Below, piece after piece: positions 57,801 through 64,000 of a stretch of 64,000 nt of DNA. Source of the stretch: Escherichia coli (GTDB taxonomy: Bacteria > Pseudomonadota > Gammaproteobacteria > Enterobacterales > Enterobacteriaceae); NCBI RefSeq assembly GCF_050920415.1, contig NZ_CP169309.1. One strand, given 5' to 3'. The position numbers were made by a program, and so were the translations under genes. The notes beneath the pieces are model-generated. The model was not told the DNA's origin, did not search any database, and worked only from the letters and a program-made list of their open reading frames with translations. How positions within the stretch are numbered: position 1 is the first letter of the stretch; every line of letters starts with the position of its first letter.

Positions 57801-57889
57801 TACTCCCCTTTGCAGGTAACAAAGTATGACAGACCATTCGGTCAGTCAATGGTCTGTTACATCCCTTTTACACTGTTTTACTTTGGCTA

Positions 57890-58876
57890 TTATAGTTTTA
57901 CGCTATCTGCCGGAAAAATCACCCCGGTCTGGCGGCGGATCTCGGTCAGCAGCCTGGCGGTGATACGACTGACCGCCAGCCCTGGATGATCTACCAGATG
58001 TTCATCCACCAGGGTAGCGAACAGCTCTGCTTCGTACAGCATGGTATTAATATGCTGCGGTTGGGTAAGATCCTGCATCTGGCTGCCGCGCGGCACAAAG
58101 CAAACTTTCTGGCATTCAGACAGTTTTTCAATCACCAGCGATCCCGCTTCGCCCTGAATCTCACTTGCCAGCACAGAATCACTGACCTTTGAGTGCTGCA
58201 AGGTAACGCTGAAATCACCGTAATCCATCACCACCACGCCGTGGGCATCCACACCACTTGCCAGCAAACTGGCGGTTGCCTGCACGCTTTTCGGTTCACC
58301 AAATAACGCCACCGCCGACGCCAGACAGTAAAAGCCGATATCCATAATTGAACCGTTGGAGAATGCCGGATTGAAGGTGTTGGGATTCTCGCCGTCCAGA
58401 TAACGTTGATATCGCGAGGAATATTGGCAATAGTTGAAAAAGACTTTACGCAATTTGCCAACTTTCGGCAGTACCTGGCGTAACAAATGGAAATTCGGCA
58501 GGCTGGCGGTTTTAAATGCCTCAAACAGCACCACCTGATTTTCCCGCGCACAGGCAATGGCGGCATCCACTTCCGCCAGATTCGACGCCAGCGGTTTCTC
58601 GCAAATCACATGAATTTTATGGCTAAGGAAAAGTTGTGTCTGGGAAAAATGCAGGGCATTCGGGCTGGCAATATACACCGCGTCAATGGCATCGCTTTCT
58701 GCCATCGCTTCCAGCGATGTAAACAGATGCTCGACAGAAAAATCATTGGCGAAGTGCTGGGCCTGTTCAAGGCTGCGGGAATAGACAGCGGTTAACTTGT
58801 ATTTACCGCTCTCATGGGCGGCCTCGACGAACTGGCGGGTGATCCAGTTCGTGCCAATCACAGCGAAACGTATCAT
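57890..58876 (-). CDS. ygjR: Gfo/Idh/MocA-family NAD(P)-dependent oxidoreductase YgjR
   Basis: ORF 57890..58894 trimmed to MIRFAVIGTNWITRQF (Rossmann motif). Confidence 0.85.
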   Translation of the reverse strand: MIRFAVIGTNWITRQFVEAAHESGKYKLTAVYSRSLEQAQHFANDFSVEHLFTSLEAMAESDAIDAVYIASPNALHFSQTQLFLSHKIHVICEKPLASNLAEVDAAIACARENQVVLFEAFKTASLPNFHLLRQVLPKVGKLRKVFFNYCQYSSRYQRYLDGENPNTFNPAFSNGSIMDIGFYCLASAVALFGEPKSVQATASLLASGVDAHGVVVMDYGDFSVTLQHSKVSDSVLASEIQGEAGSLVIEKLSECQKVCFVPRGSQMQDLTQPQHINTMLYEAELFATLVDEHLVDHPGLAVSRITARLLTEIRRQTGVIFPADSVKL

Positions 58877-58954
58877 AACGCGTGGATACTCCATAAAGGG
58901 ATTCTGCCGTCAATGTAGCACGCCTTTTTCATCTTCGACGTGCGCAGATACGCA

Positions 58955-59647
58955 TTATTCTTTCGCCGGACAGCCATGCTCGCTAAACGGCCCAATCATG
59001 ACCGACGGCCCGAGATATTTCGGCTGTCGATGGAGGATTTTCGCGTCAATCACTGCGCTGACGCGAGCGAGTTTCTCCCGCAGCTGAGTATAAAAACCAT
59101 GTTTCATATTCAGGTCTGGTGCGTTAAACCCGATGGCATCGATGCCGTACTGTTTTGCCAGCCAGATGGCGCGTTGGTTATGAAATTCTTGCGAAATAAT
59201 AGTGATATGGCTTTCACCAAACACCTTTTTGGCACGCACCACCGAATCAAGCGTTGAGAATCCGGCGTAGTCGCAGAAGATGACTTTTGCGGGTACGCCT
59301 TTAGCGATCAAAGCCTGCTGCATGCCTGAGGCTTCATCGTAATTTTTACGTCCGTTATCGCCGCTCACTAGTAGCCATTTCACTTTTCCGGCGTGGTACA
59401 ACTCTGCTGCGGTATCAATACGTCGGGTAAAGTAGCGATTACCCGGCCTCGCCCCCAGCAATAAACCCACGTTACGCGCCGGAACGGCGTTGACATCGCT
59501 CCAGGTCAGCTGCTTGCTGGCGTTGACCATAACGCGATCGGCAATAAAAATGGTCGCTCCTGCTATAAGCAACAATAAACAGCCAAGCTTTAGAGTCCGG
59601 CGAGAAAAACAAATACGGAGAAGAAGGCGGGCAAAGGCGCGCAGCAT
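58955..59647 (-). CDS. ygjQ: DUF218 (YdcF-like) domain protein YgjQ
   Basis: 230-aa ORF with N-terminal transmembrane anchor. Confidence 0.85.
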   Translation of the reverse strand: MLRAFARLLLRICFSRRTLKLGCLLLLIAGATIFIADRVMVNASKQLTWSDVNAVPARNVGLLLGARPGNRYFTRRIDTAAELYHAGKVKWLLVSGDNGRKNYDEASGMQQALIAKGVPAKVIFCDYAGFSTLDSVVRAKKVFGESHITIISQEFHNQRAIWLAKQYGIDAIGFNAPDLNMKHGFYTQLREKLARVSAVIDAKILHRQPKYLGPSVMIGPFSEHGCPAKE

Positions 59648-59723
59648 GGTCGTTATCCTTAACGAAAGGGGGGAGGTCGATTTTAGGCGCTAAAGGAAGA
59701 AAAGATAACGCCTGATATCATTT

Positions 59724-60227
59724 TCAGATTTTGTCCTGCCCAAGCGACAACTGCGTTAGCCACAGACGAGTGTCGAATTCAAGCTGGTGGTACTGCGGCT
59801 CCATATGACAGCACAATTGATAGAATGCTTTGTTGTGCTCTTTCTCCTTCAGGTGCGCCAACTCGTGCACCACGATCATGCGCAAAAACGGTTCCGGCGC
59901 GTTGCGAAACACGGTAGCGACGCGGATCTCTGCTTTTGCTTTCAGCTTGCCGCCCTGCACACGCGAAACAGCGGTATGTAACCCGAGCGCGTTTTTCAGC
60001 ACATGGATCTTGTTGTCATACATCACTTTATTGATCGGCGGGGCATTGCGCAGAAACTGATTCTTCAGATCCTGAGTATATTGCCAGAGGGCTTTATCGG
60101 TGGCGTAGTCGTGCGTTCCTGGATAGCGTTTTGCCAGCACATCGCCCAGACGCTGTTCATTAATCAGCGTGCGCACCTGGGAAAGCAACTGTTCGGGATA
60201 ACCCTGAAGATAAGTAAGATTGCTCAT
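59724..60227 (-). CDS. ygjP: Putative zinc metallohydrolase YgjP (WLM/DUF45 family, HExxH)
   Basis: ORF 59724..60263 trimmed to [15 protein letters not shown]; HELAH motif. Confidence 0.85.
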   Translation of the reverse strand: MSNLTYLQGYPEQLLSQVRTLINEQRLGDVLAKRYPGTHDYATDKALWQYTQDLKNQFLRNAPPINKVMYDNKIHVLKNALGLHTAVSRVQGGKLKAKAEIRVATVFRNAPEPFLRMIVVHELAHLKEKEHNKAFYQLCCHMEPQYHQLEFDTRLWLTQLSLGQDKI

Positions 60228-60311
60228 AACCGCCCACGAAAAAGAGAAAAAGGGTATACTCACGCACCCTTTTCAGGGGCAACGTCGAAATTTTATCATT
60301 CAGGAGGGCCG

Positions 60312-61448
60312 ATGAGCCACTTAGACAACGGTTTCCGTTCACTGACACTACAACGTTTTCCGGCGACGGATGACGTTAACCCGCTACAGGCGTGGGAAGC
60401 GGCAGATGAATATTTGCTGCAACAGTTGGACGACACAGAAATCCGCGGCCCGGTGTTAATCCTGAATGATGCCTTTGGTGCGTTAAGTTGTGCGCTGGCG
60501 GAACATAAGCCGTACAGCATTGGCGACTCATACATCAGCGAACTGGCGACGCGCGAGAATTTACGCCTCAACGGGATTGATGAATCGAGCGTGAAGTTTC
60601 TCGACAGCACCGCTGACTACCCGCAACAGCCGGGCGTGGTGCTGATCAAAGTGCCGAAAACACTGGCATTGCTGGAACAGCAACTGCGCGCATTGCGCAA
60701 AGTAGTCACGCCGGATACACGTATTATTGCCGGTGCTAAAGCCCGTGACATTCACACCTCCACGCTGGAACTGTTCGAAAAAGTGCTCGGCCCGACCACC
60801 ACCACGCTGGCATGGAAGAAAGCGCGCCTGATTAACTGCACTTTCAACGAGCCGCCGCTGGTTGATGCACCGCAGACCGTTAGCTGGAAGCTGGAGGGTA
60901 CTGACTGGACTATCCACAACCATGCGAATGTCTTCTCACGCACCGGGCTTGATATTGGCGCGCGCTTCTTTATGCAGCATCTGCCAGAGAATCTCGAGGG
61001 TGAGGTTGTCGATCTCGGTTGTGGTAACGGCGTTATTGGCCTGACGCTGCTTGATAAAAACCCGCAGGCGAAAGTGGTGTTTGTCGATGAATCACCGATG
61101 GCGGTTGCTTCCAGCCATTTGAATGTTGAAACCAACATGCCAGAGGCGTTGGATCGCTGCGAGTTTATGATCAACAACGCGCTCTCCGGCGTGGAGCCGT
61201 TCCGCTTTAATGCTGTGCTCTGCAACCCGCCGTTTCACCAGCAACATGCACTGACCGATAACGTTGCCTGGGAAATGTTCCACCACGCGCGCCGCTGCCT
61301 GAAAATCAACGGCGAGCTGTATATCGTTGCCAACCGTCACCTGGATTACTTCCATAAACTGAAGAAAATTTTTGGCAACTGCACCACCATTGCCACCAAT
61401 AATAAATTTGTGGTGCTGAAAGCGGTGAAGCTGGGGCGTCGTCGGTAA
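60312..61448 (+). CDS. rlmG: 23S rRNA m2G1835 methyltransferase RlmG
   Basis: ORF 60003..61448 trimmed to [16 protein letters not shown]; the upstream in-frame extension is antisense to ygjP. Confidence 0.9.
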   Translation: MSHLDNGFRSLTLQRFPATDDVNPLQAWEAADEYLLQQLDDTEIRGPVLILNDAFGALSCALAEHKPYSIGDSYISELATRENLRLNGIDESSVKFLDSTADYPQQPGVVLIKVPKTLALLEQQLRALRKVVTPDTRIIAGAKARDIHTSTLELFEKVLGPTTTTLAWKKARLINCTFNEPPLVDAPQTVSWKLEGTDWTIHNHANVFSRTGLDIGARFFMQHLPENLEGEVVDLGCGNGVIGLTLLDKNPQAKVVFVDESPMAVASSHLNVETNMPEALDRCEFMINNALSGVEPFRFNAVLCNPPFHQQHALTDNVAWEMFHHARRCLKINGELYIVANRHLDYFHKLKKIFGNCTTIATNNKFVVLKAVKLGRRR

Positions 61449-61463
61449 GATTGACAGCTACCT

Positions 61464-61495
61464 GCCGGATGCGGCGTAAACGCCTTATCCGGCAA
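61464..61495. repeat. REP element
   Basis: TGCCGGATGCGGCGTAAACGCCTTATCCGGCA. Confidence 0.85.
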
Positions 61496-61613
61496 TGTCT
61501 GCCCAGTTCTGGAATCGCGCTTCCATAAAACAAAAAATCCCTGTCACCATCCTCTACATTCTCTTGTTTAGCGTTTTTCTACGTTTATTCTTCCGTCACA
61601 CAGATAAATTCAT

Positions 61614-61663
61614 CCGTTGCCAATCTGTCAACGGATGTTATCATGTTGCCAATTTGTCAACGG
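61614..61663. promoter_or_regulatory. higBA promoter with two tandem imperfect palindromes (candidate HigA operators)
   Basis: CCGTTGCCAATCTGTCAACGG (61614..61634) and GTTGCCAATTTGTCAACGG (61645..61663) directly upstream of higB. Confidence 0.6.
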
Positions 61664-61675
61664 ACGTGATGAAGA

Positions 61676-61990
61676 ATGCACCTGATAACTCAAAAAGCAT
61701 TGAAAGATGCTGCGGAAAAATACCCGCAACATAAAACGGAGTTGGTGGCTCTGGGGAACACGATTGCTAAGGGATATTTCAAAAAACCTGAGTCATTAAA
61801 AGCAGTATTCCCTTCTCTGGATAACTTCAAATATCTGGATAAGCATTATGTTTTCAATGTCGGGGGCAATGAATTACGTGTTGTAGCAATGGTCTTTTTT
61901 GAATCGCAAAAGTGCTACATACGTGAAGTTATGACGCATAAAGAATACGATTTCTTTACCGCCGTTCATCGTACTAAGGGGAAAAAATGA
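61676..61990 (+). CDS. higB: mRNA interferase toxin HigB (RelE/ParE superfamily)
   Basis: 104-aa ORF; 4-bp ATGA overlap with higA. Confidence 0.88.
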   Translation: MHLITQKALKDAAEKYPQHKTELVALGNTIAKGYFKKPESLKAVFPSLDNFKYLDKHYVFNVGGNELRVVAMVFFESQKCYIREVMTHKEYDFFTAVHRTKGKK

Positions 61991-62403
61991 TTGCGATTGC
62001 CGACATCTTGCAAGCAGGAGAAAAGCTAACTGCTGTGGCACCTTTTTTGGCGGGTATTCAGAACGAGGAACAATACACCCAGGCGCTGGAACTGGTAGAT
62101 CATCTGCTGCTCAACGATCCTGAAAACCCCTTGCTGGATCTGGTGTGTGCCAAAATAACCGCGTGGGAAGAATCAGCGCCCGAATTTGCTGAATTTAATG
62201 CCATGGCTCAAGACATGCCTGGCGGTATAGCTGTGATTCGTACCCTTATGGATCAATATGGTTTAACCCTTTCCGATCTGCCGGAAATTGGCAGTAAATC
62301 GATGGTGTCACGCGTTTTGAGCGGGAAGAGGAAATTAACGCTGGAACACGCTAAAAAACTGGCAACGCGATTCGGCATTTCTCCCGCCTTGTTTATTGAT
62401 TAA
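61987..62403 (+). CDS. higA: Antitoxin HigA (Xre-type HTH)
   Basis: 138-aa ORF immediately downstream of higB. Confidence 0.88.
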   Translation: MIAIADILQAGEKLTAVAPFLAGIQNEEQYTQALELVDHLLLNDPENPLLDLVCAKITAWEESAPEFAEFNAMAQDMPGGIAVIRTLMDQYGLTLSDLPEIGSKSMVSRVLSGKRKLTLEHAKKLATRFGISPALFID

Positions 62404-62410
62404 CGCGACG

Positions 62411-62433
62411 TGCCGGATGCGTCACATCCGGCA
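62411..62433. terminator. Stem-loop between convergent higA and fadH
   Basis: GCCGGATG-CGTCA-CATCCGGC hairpin; no clear U-tract. Confidence 0.4.
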
Positions 62434-62447
62434 CTTCAAATAACGAT

Positions 62448-64000
62448 TTAAATCTCCAGCGCCAACCGTGTTCCCTGGGCAATTGCCCGTCGTGCGTCCA
62501 GCTCCATAGCCACATCGCAGCCGCCAATTAAATGCACGGTTTTCCCGCTATCAATGAGCGGTTGTGCCAGCGTGCGGTTTGGCTCCTGCCCCGCGCAGAT
62601 CACCACATGATCTACCGCCAAAATTTGCGGTTCGCCGTTGATCACCACATGCAGCCCTTCATCGTCGATCTTCTGGTAACTTACGCCTGGGATCATTTTC
62701 ACGCCGCGCGCGAGCAGGGTGGTGCGATGGATCCAGCCGGTGGTTTTGCCTAACCCTTGTCCTGGTTTGCTGGCTTTGCGTTGAAGCATCACAATCTGTC
62801 GCGGGCTACGGGGGATCTGCATTCCCTGCGGGCTTAACCCACCACCCTGTTGCAGGCTACTGTCGATTCCCCACTCATTACAAAACTCGGTGATATTCTG
62901 GCTGGTGGACTCCCCTGGCTGACTCAAATACATCGCTGTATCAAAGCCAATCCCACCACAACCAATGATGGCGACGTTGTTGCCCACCGGCGCTTTGTCG
63001 CGCAGTACGTCGAGATAACTCAACACCTTCGGATGATCGATCCCGTCGATGGGCGGAATGCGCGGTACGATCCCACTGGCGAGGATCGTTTCATCGAACG
63101 CCTTTAACTGATCTGCGGTCACGGTGTGATTAAGTTTCAGTGTCACGCCAGTCACTTCGATCATCCGGCGGTAGTAGCGCAATGTTTCGTAAAATTCCTC
63201 TTTGCCGGGGATCTGTTTGGCGATATTAAACTGCCCGCCGATCTCGCTATGTGCATCAAACAACGTTACCTGATGACCACGCGCCGCCGCATTGATGGCA
63301 AACGCCAGCCCCGCCGGACCTGCGCCGACCACCGCCAGATTTTTTTTCTGCACGGCGGGAAGGATCGGCATTTTGGTTTCGTGGCAGGCGCGAGGATTCA
63401 CCAGACACGAGGTGACCTTGCCGACAAAGATCTGATCGAGACAGGCCTGATTGCAGCCAATGCAGGTGTTGATCTCATCGGCTCGCCCCGATTGCGCTTT
63501 TGACAGCAGCTCCGCATCAGCAAGAAACGGTCGCGCCATCGATACCATATCGGCATCACCGCGCGAGAGAATATCGTCGGCAACCTGCGGATCGTTAATC
63601 CGGTTGGTGGTCACCAGCGGCAATGAGACGTGACCTTTCAGTTTGCGTGTGACCCAGCTAAATGCGCCGCGCGGCACTGGCGTGGCGATGGTCGGAATCC
63701 GCGCTTCATGCCAGCCTATTCCAGTGTTGATAATGGTTGCGCCCGCCGCTTCAATGGCCTGCGCCAGTTCTACCGTTTCGGTAAAAGTCCCGCCGCCTTC
63801 TACCAGGTCGAGCATCGACAGCCGATAGATAATAATGAAGTCGTTACCGACGCGCTCGCGCACCGCACGTACCACTTCAATAGCAAACCGCATCCGGTTG
63901 CGGTAATCGCCGCCCCACTGGTCGCTACGCTGGTTGGTGCGCAGAGTCAGAAATTCGTTGATCAAATACCCTTCAGAGCCCATCACTTCGACGCCATCGT
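62448..64000 (-). CDS. fadH: 2,4-dienoyl-CoA reductase FadH (C-terminal portion; N-terminus lies beyond the window)
   Basis: Reading frame open to the window edge; FAD/NAD(P)-binding GxGxxG motifs (VGAGPAGL, IIGCGGIGFD); stop at 62448. Confidence 0.88.
   Translation of the reverse strand, partial: DGVEVMGSEGYLINEFLTLRTNQRSDQWGGDYRNRMRFAIEVVRAVRERVGNDFIIIYRLSMLDLVEGGGTFTETVELAQAIEAAGATIINTGIGWHEARIPTIATPVPRGAFSWVTRKLKGHVSLPLVTTNRINDPQVADDILSRGDADMVSMARPFLADAELLSKAQSGRADEINTCIGCNQACLDQIFVGKVTSCLVNPRACHETKMPILPAVQKKNLAVVGAGPAGLAFAINAAARGHQVTLFDAHSEIGGQFNIAKQIPGKEEFYETLRYYRRMIEVTGVTLKLNHTVTADQLKAFDETILASGIVPRIPPIDGIDHPKVLSYLDVLRDKAPVGNNVAIIGCGGIGFDTAMYLSQPGESTSQNITEFCNEWGIDSSLQQGGGLSPQGMQIPRSPRQIVMLQRKASKPGQGLGKTTGWIHRTTLLARGVKMIPGVSYQKIDDEGLHVVINGEPQILAVDHVVICAGQEPNRTLAQPLIDSGKTVHLIGGCDVAMELDARRAIAQGTRLALEI

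Overview
This window is an Escherichia coli-type chromosomal segment, recognised by protein identity and gene order (equivalent to the K-12 yraR...fadH interval, here in reverse orientation). Gene order: yraR-yraQ, dolP-diaA-yraN-lpoA, rsmI, a complete aga/kba amino-sugar cluster (agaI through kbaZ plus agaR, including the agaW-agaE-agaF-agaA block that K-12 lacks), prlF-yhaV toxin-antitoxin, garD / garPLRK, rnpB (RNase P RNA), an AT-rich yhaC-yhaB-tdcR block, tdcABCDEFG, cyuPA, yhaL/K/J/I/H, yqjG/F/K/E/D/C, mzrA, yqjA, exuR, exuT, uxaCA, ygjV, sstT, alx with its long leader, ygjR/Q/P, rlmG, higBA toxin-antitoxin and the 3' part of fadH. All gene calls rest on remembered homology and synteny, not on a database search. 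The one clearly anomalous structure is an imperfect tandem duplication of about 395 bp at 49011-49811 covering the exuR 5' end, the exuR promoter and exuT terminator, and the exuT 3' end; it leaves a degraded exuT 3' fragment, a second exuR promoter and a 21-codon truncated exuR reading frame. I found no CRISPR array, IS element, integrase, tRNA or rRNA, and nothing I would call a wholly new multi-gene system. Other points worth a second look are the AT-rich yhaC/yhaB block, operator palindromes of the two toxin-antitoxin modules, AgaR-type repeat arrays, and REP/BIME clusters.
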